Assembly (NCBI GenBank): GCA_018302765.1
Contig: JAGVZG010000002.1
Span: 32,001 to 96,000, forward strand
Reading direction: 5' to 3'
Origin: Candidatus Woesearchaeota archaeon
Lineage (GTDB): Archaea > Nanobdellota > Nanobdellia > SCGC-AAA011-G17 > GW2011-AR18
DNA length: 64,000 bases
How positions within the stretch are numbered: the stretch's first letter is position 1; each line of letters starts with the position of its first letter. Below are positions 56,551-64,000 of the stretch, in pieces. The notes under the pieces are model-generated. The model was not told where the DNA came from. It worked only from the letters and a program-made list of their open reading frames with translations, and did not search any database. Both the position numbers and the translations under genes were made by a program.

Positions 56551-57012
56551 ATGATTGATAAAAAAGAAATGTTAATTTTAGCAAATTTAAGAAATAATGC
56601 AAGGGAAACCTTGACAAAGATGAGCAGAAAAACATCTATTCCTGTATCTACAATATTTGAAAAACTGAAGACCTATGAATCCGGCTTAATAAAAAAATAC
56701 ACCTCTTTAATAGATTTTACAAAATTAGGATATAATACAAGAGCAACCATATTGGTAAAAACAACAAAAGAATACAGAGATAAATTAAGACAGCACCTAT
56801 TATTAGATAAGTCATTAAATAGTGTTTACAAAATAAACAATGGTTATGATTTCATGCTTGAAGGAATTTTCAGAGAAATTAAAGATGTAGAGCAATTTTT
56901 AGAAAAATTAGAAAATGAATTTGGAATTACAGACAAGTATGTTTATTATATAGTTGATGAAATAAAGAAAGAAGATTTTCTAAGCAGCCCAGAATATGTA
57001 AAACTTATTTAA
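56551..57012 (+). CDS. Lrp/AsnC family transcriptional regulator
   Basis: LRNNARETLTKMSRK...STIFEKLK HTH; IDFTKLGY. Confidence 0.9.
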   Translation: MIDKKEMLILANLRNNARETLTKMSRKTSIPVSTIFEKLKTYESGLIKKYTSLIDFTKLGYNTRATILVKTTKEYRDKLRQHLLLDKSLNSVYKINNGYDFMLEGIFREIKDVEQFLEKLENEFGITDKYVYYIVDEIKKEDFLSSPEYVKLI

Positions 57013-57881
57013 TTTCTTTTTATTTGGATTAAATTTTCCTCATTATAATCTTCTAACTTTTTAACACCATAACAAATACCATAAAAGCTGCATTGGCCAT
57101 CTTTCCACTTGCACCATGACCCAGGATTTTTATCATAATCTTTTATATCGTTACTTTCAGTATTAAATTTAATTAATTCGCATTCTCTTCCAGCAGTATC
57201 TATTAGATCCTGAGAAACATCTATATATTTTTTAGTTCCGTGTCTTAAAAAATGAAGCCCGACTTTATTTGGCAGCTTGCCGAATTTTTCATTAAACATC
57301 AAAGAGTATATTGCTAGCTGCAGTTTGTAATCTTCTGTTATGTTATCTTTTGAACTTGTTTTGTAATCTATAATATAAACTTCGCCATTTATGTTAAGAA
57401 TCGCATCAAGGTAACCATGAACGTTGTGTTTTTCTGAATACAGATGAACTTCAGTTTGCGGCTTTAGTTTATTAAAAGCATCCTGAAAAGTTCCATCATT
57501 AATGAAAGAGCTTAAAGCAATTAGAAAATCCTCTATGAAATTCTGCAGCATATAAATGCTATTCTGATAGTAATTCCTTATTGTATTTTTATCGTTCTCC
57601 AAATTCAGCAAAGAAGGCAAAGCTTTTGTCCAAGAATTATTAAACAAATTAATTAATTCGTGTTTTAATATAAATTCATAATTACTCTTGTTTATGCTGC
57701 TTGTATCAATTTTGAAAAAATTTTCAAGTGCGTCATGAACTGCTTTTCCTGTTATAGTTGAAATGTTATCTTTCCTAGGAAGGTTTAATTTATAGCTGTA
57801 ATAATATTTTCTTTTGCATAAGTTATAAGTGTTGATACTTGATGGTGACTCTTGTCTTGTCATATTTCCTCTTTTTGTCAT
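57009..57881 (-). CDS. Cas4-like/RecB-type PD-(D/E)XK nuclease (solo)
   Basis: N-terminal CKRKYYY, GKAVH, HGYLDAI, IIDYKT, QLAIY, C-terminal C-x2-C-x6-C-x5-C. Confidence 0.88.
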   Translation of the reverse strand: MTKRGNMTRQESPSSINTYNLCKRKYYYSYKLNLPRKDNISTITGKAVHDALENFFKIDTSSINKSNYEFILKHELINLFNNSWTKALPSLLNLENDKNTIRNYYQNSIYMLQNFIEDFLIALSSFINDGTFQDAFNKLKPQTEVHLYSEKHNVHGYLDAILNINGEVYIIDYKTSSKDNITEDYKLQLAIYSLMFNEKFGKLPNKVGLHFLRHGTKKYIDVSQDLIDTAGRECELIKFNTESNDIKDYDKNPGSWCKWKDGQCSFYGICYGVKKLEDYNEENLIQIKRN

Positions 57882-57971
57882 TAAAATTCAAACTAAATTA
57901 TTAATTAAGCTTTCTATATTAAAATAAACTTAAACGAAAGATATTTAATAAGTTTATTTCAGTAAATCTGC

Positions 57972-58877
57972 ATGAATACAAATTATTCTTACATGATAAT
58001 TGCAACATTTAATATTTTAGTTATTATTTTTACAGCTTTTTATTCTTATAGGTTCAGAAAAAATTTGGATGAAATGCATAGCATGATGATAGGTATGACA
58101 TTTGGACTGGTTTCTGGTTTGGTTGCATCAACATTGTTTGTAGTTCCCACAGGAAATTTTCTTTATGCTGTTATAATTGGAACTGTTGTAGGATTGGCTT
58201 TTGGAGTTCCTTTAGGAAAGCTTGGAAAACACCTGGGAATGATGGAAGGAATTATATCAGGACCTATGGGTGGAATGATGGGTGCAATGCTTGGTCAAAT
58301 GACTAGACCTTTTAATATTGAGATTTTTATTCCATTTTTTAATATTATATTTTTAATATCTATGATAGGAATTTCATATGCTATAAACTGCGGAGTTAAT
58401 TACAATACAAAGAAAAAGAAAATATCTGAAAATTTTGTTTATGTTTGGTTTACTGTTTCTTTAATATTGGTAATATTAAGCATTTTACTTCCGTTTTCTT
58501 TACAAAGCTCTTCAAATTATTCTAGTCAAGAAAGCAGTTTGCCAAGATATTTGCAAGAATTGACAAAAGAAGAGAAAGCTGAAACAGCGATAAGATATAA
58601 TGGCTCAGGACAATATCAAGAAGTTAATCTGCTAATAACATCATCAAGATATTCTCCAAATATAATACTGGCTAAAAAAGATATGCCTCTAATAATAAAT
58701 GTTAAAGCTGATACTGGTGCTGGATGCGGCAGGGAAATAATATTTCCAGACTTCGGCATAAACAAACTAATAAGGCCTGGTGGCTCAGACATAATTAAAA
58801 TTAATCCTAATAAAGAAGGCACATTTAATTTTAGATGTTCAATGGATATGTTTCATGGAAAATTAATAGTATCTTAA
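57972..58877 (+). CDS. Met-rich membrane domain fused to a cupredoxin-like domain
   Basis: MHSMMIGM and MGGMMGAMLGQM in TM helices; GCG and FRCSMDMFHGKLIV. Confidence 0.8.
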   Translation: MNTNYSYMIIATFNILVIIFTAFYSYRFRKNLDEMHSMMIGMTFGLVSGLVASTLFVVPTGNFLYAVIIGTVVGLAFGVPLGKLGKHLGMMEGIISGPMGGMMGAMLGQMTRPFNIEIFIPFFNIIFLISMIGISYAINCGVNYNTKKKKISENFVYVWFTVSLILVILSILLPFSLQSSSNYSSQESSLPRYLQELTKEEKAETAIRYNGSGQYQEVNLLITSSRYSPNIILAKKDMPLIINVKADTGAGCGREIIFPDFGINKLIRPGGSDIIKINPNKEGTFNFRCSMDMFHGKLIVS

Positions 58878-58944
58878 ACTCATTATACAAAATATATTTA
58901 ATAAAAAATATTAATTTATAAATCCTGTAATAAATTGGTTTTGA

Positions 58945-59454
58945 ATGTTTATATACTTAAGAAATGTGGCTTTAGGATTGGTGTTATTATCTTGTAGTTC
59001 TGTGCCAAAGAAAGCAGATAGTGCTTCTTTAGAGGCAGTTTGCAGTGAAATTATTGACAGAGCAATAGACTTTAGAGATCCTAATAGAGAAGATAAATTA
59101 GCTGGTTGCCAAGCATATGTAGAATTTCAAGCTTACAAATCCCAAGCAGCCAGATCGTTGTTAAATTTAAACGTCCTCTACAGCAGTTTTATATCTAAAG
59201 ATCTAAGATCTGTAGCTGCTATAATTTCTGGAAGCGATAAAATAGAGGATTATGATATGAAGTGCAGCAATTTTAAAGAAATTATATTGAGTGCTATACC
59301 AAAAATGGCAAAACAAATTGTTACAGCTGAAACTAAATTAGAACTTATGCATCCAAAAGTAGGTGTAATATCAGAATATTTAGAGCAAAAGAGAAGACTA
59401 CATAGAAGGGTTGAAGAGATTAGAATTGGAATAAATGGTTATGAATGCCAATAA
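58945..59454 (+). CDS. Hypothetical protein, possible lipoprotein
   Basis: LVLLSC lipobox-like signal. Confidence 0.55.
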   Translation: MFIYLRNVALGLVLLSCSSVPKKADSASLEAVCSEIIDRAIDFRDPNREDKLAGCQAYVEFQAYKSQAARSLLNLNVLYSSFISKDLRSVAAIISGSDKIEDYDMKCSNFKEIILSAIPKMAKQIVTAETKLELMHPKVGVISEYLEQKRRLHRRVEEIRIGINGYECQ

Positions 59455-59494
59455 TAATTAATTATATTCTTAATAAAAATTTTATATTAAAGTC

Positions 59495-59590
59495 CGCCGG
59501 CGACAGGATTTGAACCTGCAAGTCCTTTCGGACGGCAGTTTTCGAGATTCAGCAATTATTCTGCTGCCCTACCAATTAGGCGACGCCGGC
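59495..59590 (-). tRNA. tRNA-Ser(CGA) with 13-nt intron at 30/31 (59548-59560)
   Basis: Acceptor GCCGGCG/CGCCGGC, discriminator G, loop CT-CGA-AA, variable arm GTCC-GAAA-GGAC, T stem GCAGG/CCTGT; BHB central helix CAGC/GCTG. Confidence 0.93.
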
Positions 59591-59880
59591 ATACTATTAT
59601 TCTTAAAGTTAAACTTATATTTCTTTCTGAAATTATTAATTTATGAAGTTTGAAAAAACAAAGTTAAAAGCAAAATTATTAGGAACTTTTACATTTCTTA
59701 AATAATAGAATATAATGGTCTTGAAGTCTTTAACTTTACAAACTGGCGGATCTGCATGTTCTCTAAATTTGGCTACAAGTAATAATTATTCTCTTCTTAT
59801 AGGAGTAATTTTGGTCTTATCACTGCTTGGTTCTTGATTTTGCCACAAGATATTTAAATATATTATAACCAGTAATCTGT

Positions 59881-60603
59881 ATGTCACAAGATAGAATATT
59901 AAACTTATTAATGCAGAAAGATGAGATTACTTGGCAGACTATATTAAATGACTTAATAAAGTCTGGAGAGATAAATCCTTGGGATATTGATATTTCAATT
60001 TTAGCTAATAAATACATAGAAACTGTAAAAAAAATGCAGGAAGCTAATTTATTTATATCTGGCAAAGTTTTGCTTGCATCTGCAATACTGTTAAAAATAA
60101 AATCTGAAAAATTAATAATTGAGGACATAGGAATACTAGATAATTTGATGTTTCCTGCCCCAATGGAAGAACTTGACCAGTTTATGGACCCACAGAGCAG
60201 AAGGATTATTCTGGACGTAGAACCAAGACTAACAATAAAGACACCTCAAGCAAGAAAGAAAAAAGTTCAGATTGATGACTTAATCAGCGCTTTAGAAAGG
60301 GCTTTGGAAGTTAATCAAAGAAGATTAATTAGAATAGCAGAAAGAAACAGGGTGCCTACTGATTTAATTATTCCTAAGAAGAGAATTGACATTGAAAAAT
60401 TAATAATGGAAATATACAATAAAATAAAGATTGTATTTGAGAAAAAACCAACATTAACATTTATAGACTTAGTTGCTAGTGATAAAAAAGAAGATAAAAT
60501 ATTTACATTCATTCCTTTACTGCACCTATCCAACCAAGAAAAAATTGATTTGGATCAGAAAGAACATTTTGGAGACATAAATATTAAATTACTAGGCAAA
60601 TAA
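59881..60603 (+). CDS. scpA: Segregation and condensation protein A (kleisin)
   Basis: INPWDIDI, ISGKVLLASAILLKIKS, FIPLLHL...DLDQKEHFGDI. Confidence 0.92.
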   Translation: MSQDRILNLLMQKDEITWQTILNDLIKSGEINPWDIDISILANKYIETVKKMQEANLFISGKVLLASAILLKIKSEKLIIEDIGILDNLMFPAPMEELDQFMDPQSRRIILDVEPRLTIKTPQARKKKVQIDDLISALERALEVNQRRLIRIAERNRVPTDLIIPKKRIDIEKLIMEIYNKIKIVFEKKPTLTFIDLVASDKKEDKIFTFIPLLHLSNQEKIDLDQKEHFGDINIKLLGK

Positions 60604-61419
60604 TTACAATTTCTTTATATTTTTATTGAAATAAGAATTAAATAAGAAAATCCTTAACCAAATATTGGCAACTATACGCACTATAACCAATAAAATAATA
60701 GGTATTATCAGAATTACAAATGGAGAGAAAAATGTAAATTCAACAATAATACTTAATACAAAATTTATTGCAAACATTATTAACCACGTGATGAATATAT
60801 GTGTATAATTGTTTTTTGCATATTTAAAAGAGAGCTTTATTAATTCTATAGCAGAACTTAATTTAATTGTAGTCATTATAGGCTCAAGAAATAATAATCC
60901 GAACACCATAAAAAGCGAAGCAAGTATAATATAAATAAATAGAATTAAACCTAAAATAACAACTAACAATAATCCAAATAATTTGCTTATTAAAAATCCA
61001 AGAAAAATTATTAATCCTAAAATCAAAATGGGAATTAAAATTATTGAGAATTTTATCATCTGGACTTTAAAGTATAGATATGCATATTTCTTTATACCTT
61101 GCAATAGGTCTTTGTTTGTGGCTTTATAGTCTCTAGATACCAAATTTAACAAATTGATATACATTGCATTAATTACTGAAGTTAACAAAATTAACAATAA
61201 AATATCAATTAGACCTATTGGTACTGCAAAATACAAAAATCTAATTAATTCCACTCGCGGATCTGGCAATAAACCTATGAACAAAAGAAATTCTAATAAC
61301 ATCATTATTAAAAAAACCAAACCCAATGCTATACTGTAAACTAATGGAAGAAATACAATAAGATTATTTTTCATACCCATCCAGCTTTTTTTAAGCAATA
61401 AATCATATTTTATTTTCAT
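60604..61419 (-). CDS. Polytopic membrane protein
   Basis: Five to six hydrophobic helices. Confidence 0.75.
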   Translation of the reverse strand: MKIKYDLLLKKSWMGMKNNLIVFLPLVYSIALGLVFLIMMLLEFLLFIGLLPDPRVELIRFLYFAVPIGLIDILLLILLTSVINAMYINLLNLVSRDYKATNKDLLQGIKKYAYLYFKVQMIKFSIILIPILILGLIIFLGFLISKLFGLLLVVILGLILFIYIILASLFMVFGLLFLEPIMTTIKLSSAIELIKLSFKYAKNNYTHIFITWLIMFAINFVLSIIVEFTFFSPFVILIIPIILLVIVRIVANIWLRIFLFNSYFNKNIKKL

Positions 61420-61545
61420 AGATTCTAGATTTTATTTAGAAGCATTATTTATATACATTTTGGCTTCTTAAAACAGTTAATCCAAAGCTTTAAATACAAA
61501 CCTAGCAATTAAATAATTAATTAAACTAAAGGGAGGTTGTGATAA

Positions 61546-61938
61546 ATGGCGCTTGGTTTGGATGCATTATTGCCTTTATTGGCTGGATTTCTAATTGCCT
61601 TTGTAGTATTGATGATAATTCTTTATGTTTACTCTGCATTGGTATTAATGGCAATAGCTAAGAGAACAAATACTCCAAATTCATGGCTTGCTTGGATACC
61701 AATAGCTAACATATATTTAATGACTCAGATTGCAGAAGTTCCAGGATGGGTAACGTTATCTATTTTGTTACCTTTTATACCGTTTGTTGGCGGATTGGCA
61801 TTTTTAGCTGTGTTTATCTGGCTATGGTGGAAAATAGCAGAAGCAAGACATAGACCTGGATGGTGGGGTATACTAATAAGTTTAGTACCTGTTGTTAATT
61901 TAGTTCTCATAGGTATGCTTGCTTGGAGCAAAGAATAA
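61546..61938 (+). CDS. DUF5684-like small membrane protein
   Basis: IAKRTNTPNSWLAWIPIANIY, GWWGIL; SD ggagg. Confidence 0.8.
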   Translation: MALGLDALLPLLAGFLIAFVVLMIILYVYSALVLMAIAKRTNTPNSWLAWIPIANIYLMTQIAEVPGWVTLSILLPFIPFVGGLAFLAVFIWLWWKIAEARHRPGWWGILISLVPVVNLVLIGMLAWSKE

Positions 61939-62102
61939 TTTTCTTTTTTTATTTTTTAATATGAATATTTTTGTAAATATAAATACTTAAATCTGATTTT
62001 ACTGTATATAACTTATGGATATATATAAAAATTGCTTTTAAAAAAGAAGAACTTCCAATCTTAAGACAAAATTGTTTTTTAGCGCCAATATATCCAAGAT
62101 TA

Positions 62103-62576
62103 TTGTCTTTAGATTTAAGGTTTGATCTTGATATTGCTTACAGTGTTTTTGAAAATGCTGCAGCAGAATGGTATGACTACCTTAGAAAATATGTTGGTGT
62201 TTTAGGTGAAGCAGAAGAACGTTCTTATATAGAACGCGTTTTTATGTCCAGAAAATTATCAGTATTTTATGATAATGGTTTCTTAACTGTAGACCCGCCA
62301 GGTTTTTGGAAAGTAAAAGTAAAAAATCTAGAAAACGGCTTTCCTTCATTTCTATCTATTGACAATTATGTTGGAGAAAGTTTATATTTTGATAATGAAA
62401 ATAATGCTTCTGTAGTTGTGCCTAAATTGATACTATTTAGAGAATATAGACACCCACAAAGAAATAATCATATTTATGCCTATCAACAAGATAATATAGA
62501 AGATTATCCAAGCACACTATTTTTAAGAAATTGGGCAATACTTTGTGTAAATGAATGTCTAAAACAGATTTTCTAA
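62103..62576 (+). CDS. Hypothetical protein
   Basis: 157-aa ORF with TTG start. Confidence 0.5.
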   Translation: MSLDLRFDLDIAYSVFENAAAEWYDYLRKYVGVLGEAEERSYIERVFMSRKLSVFYDNGFLTVDPPGFWKVKVKNLENGFPSFLSIDNYVGESLYFDNENNASVVVPKLILFREYRHPQRNNHIYAYQQDNIEDYPSTLFLRNWAILCVNECLKQIF

Positions 62577-64000
62577 GTTGTCTTTATTAACCTATAAAGC
62601 TCGGTTAAATTAATTTCTAATGCTGCCACTGGCATTTCCAAAGTAAAATTCTCAAGAACTTGTGGATGAATCTCTCCAATATAAACAATATCAACACTAT
62701 TTACACTAATTCTTCCAACTCTTCCTTGAATGAAGCTATTATGCTCTACTTCTTTTATTTCATATTTAAAATCCAGAGCTTTTGACAGTGCATCTAGCAC
62801 TTGCTTTATTTCTGTGAAATTGGACGTACTATGACATAATACAACAGCCAGCCTAATAGATTCATCAACACCATTATCATTTTCTGAATTGTATTTAAAG
62901 ACATGCCCTGAGCTAAATATATTCTGCGGATATTCATTGTGCTTATTTTCCTTTAATATCTGCATTAATGTTGGTATGATCCATGCTCTTAATACGTCAT
63001 AACCTTCACTTATGGAATTTAGAAGTTCTACACATTTTATGTTTGTATTCATATGGCTTGTCTGGTTTTCTTTGCTGGTTAAATTATAAGTATGTGTCTC
63101 TAATAATCCAAGACTGACTAAAATATTGGATACTTTTCTTCTGAAAACTTCAAATTTGTTTTCCTGAGCTATTGTTGCAACATTTGGTATTTCTGGTTTT
63201 AAGTTATTGTAACCATAAGCTATAGCCACGTCTTCAGCTAGATCTATCTGATGAATTATATCCGTCCTATATGGCGGAATTAATGCTGTAATATATTTTC
63301 CCTTTTTCTTTATTCCATATCCCATTTTTTCTAGAAGATTAGTTATCTCTGTGCTTTTAAGTTCAAGACCAATTTTTTTATTTATATAATTAATATTAAT
63401 TTCTATTTTCTCAGGTTCCAAATTTGGAACATGGTAAATTTTTTTGCCGTAAATTAATTTTATGGAATAAATTCTGCCACCCATATCAGCCAGAGCTGAA
63501 ACAAGTATGTTTAATGCAGTATTTATAGTTTTGAAATCAGTGCCTGTTGCCTCTACAAACACATCTTTTGTATCTTCTGTTATTTTACCAACGTCATGGG
63601 AATTTATTATTGGCGGCATTGATATTATTGTATTCTTTGCATCAATAAATATCGGATATTTCTTCCATGTCTGAACCAAATGCTTGTATTTTATCCCTGT
63701 TGGATGCTTCTCTAATATTTCATTAGCAGATAATACCTCTGGGTACTCTAAAGGCCTATATTTGATTTTTTCTGGAAATTCTGTTGTAAACCTAACTGGA
63801 AATTTTATTCTTTCCAGAGGGTAAATACCAAGACCACCTTTCTTTCTATTCCTCAAAAATGTCAGTCCTAATTTCTCTTGAATTTGAATTATTTCTCTTA
63901 TTTTCTCATCATTAAGCCTTAAGTCCTTAACTACTGCTGCGACTGCGTAAGGATAATTTTCCAGAGTTTTTTCTACTTTAACAACATAGTTTGATTTATT
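62573..64000 (-). CDS. pheT: Phenylalanine--tRNA ligase beta subunit (5' end beyond window)
   Basis: SMPPIINS, PPYRTDIIHQIDLAEDVAIAYGY, GEIHPQVL; the frame stays open from the track start (63856) to the window edge (NKSNYVVKVEK...). Confidence 0.96.
   Translation of the reverse strand, partial: NKSNYVVKVEKTLENYPYAVAAVVKDLRLNDEKIREIIQIQEKLGLTFLRNRKKGGLGIYPLERIKFPVRFTTEFPEKIKYRPLEYPEVLSANEILEKHPTGIKYKHLVQTWKKYPIFIDAKNTIISMPPIINSHDVGKITEDTKDVFVEATGTDFKTINTALNILVSALADMGGRIYSIKLIYGKKIYHVPNLEPEKIEININYINKKIGLELKSTEITNLLEKMGYGIKKKGKYITALIPPYRTDIIHQIDLAEDVAIAYGYNNLKPEIPNVATIAQENKFEVFRRKVSNILVSLGLLETHTYNLTSKENQTSHMNTNIKCVELLNSISEGYDVLRAWIIPTLMQILKENKHNEYPQNIFSSGHVFKYNSENDNGVDESIRLAVVLCHSTSNFTEIKQVLDALSKALDFKYEIKEVEHNSFIQGRVGRISVNSVDIVYIGEIHPQVLENFTLEMPVAALEINLTELYRLIKTT

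Noticed and set aside
59715-59837. ~40-codon hydrophobic ORF upstream of scpA
   Set aside because: Too short, with no supporting signals
59881-60603. scpA without adjacent smc/scpB
   Set aside because: Dispersed condensin genes are common in archaea; not informative from one window
2982-61931. Short ORFs antisense to or nested in confident genes (e.g. 2982-3194, 7661-7984, 20271-20666, 53034-53645, 59820-60128)
   Set aside because: Shadow frames with Phe/Ser/Leu-rich composition typical of the reverse strand of AT-rich coding DNA
1-64000. CRISPR array, rRNA, integrase or transposase
   Set aside because: No regularly spaced repeats, long structured RNA tract or recombinase/transposase motifs were seen

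Overview
AT-rich archaeal chromosome segment. Archaeal rpl18e/rps9, archaeal-type GluRS/TyrS/ProRS/PheT, BHB-type tRNA introns, TATA-like boxes close to start codons and many orphan genes suggest a DPANN archaeon, probably Woesearchaeota-like (taxonomy is inference). Contents: scattered translation genes; two intron-containing tRNAs (a Leu tRNA with two non-canonical introns whose spliced anticodon reads AAG, and Ser-CGA); an HTH-MNT/HEPN toxin-antitoxin pair bracketed by 22-bp direct repeats beside a perfect 36-bp palindrome; DNA repair genes (PolX-PHP, Ogg, a DHH protein with a displaced DHH motif); an atypical retron-like reverse transcriptase followed by a winged-helix gene; and a ~21-kb carbohydrate cluster. 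That cluster holds glycogen debranching enzyme, class I aldolase, oxidative and non-oxidative pentose phosphate genes with a cyclase-family gene where the lactonase would be expected, PfkB, cupin PGI, ROK kinase, and a PAS-HTH/GT4/GH57/2xDUF5752-like/MinD operon. No CRISPR array, rRNA, integrase or transposase was seen. All family calls are motif recognition by eye, not database searches.
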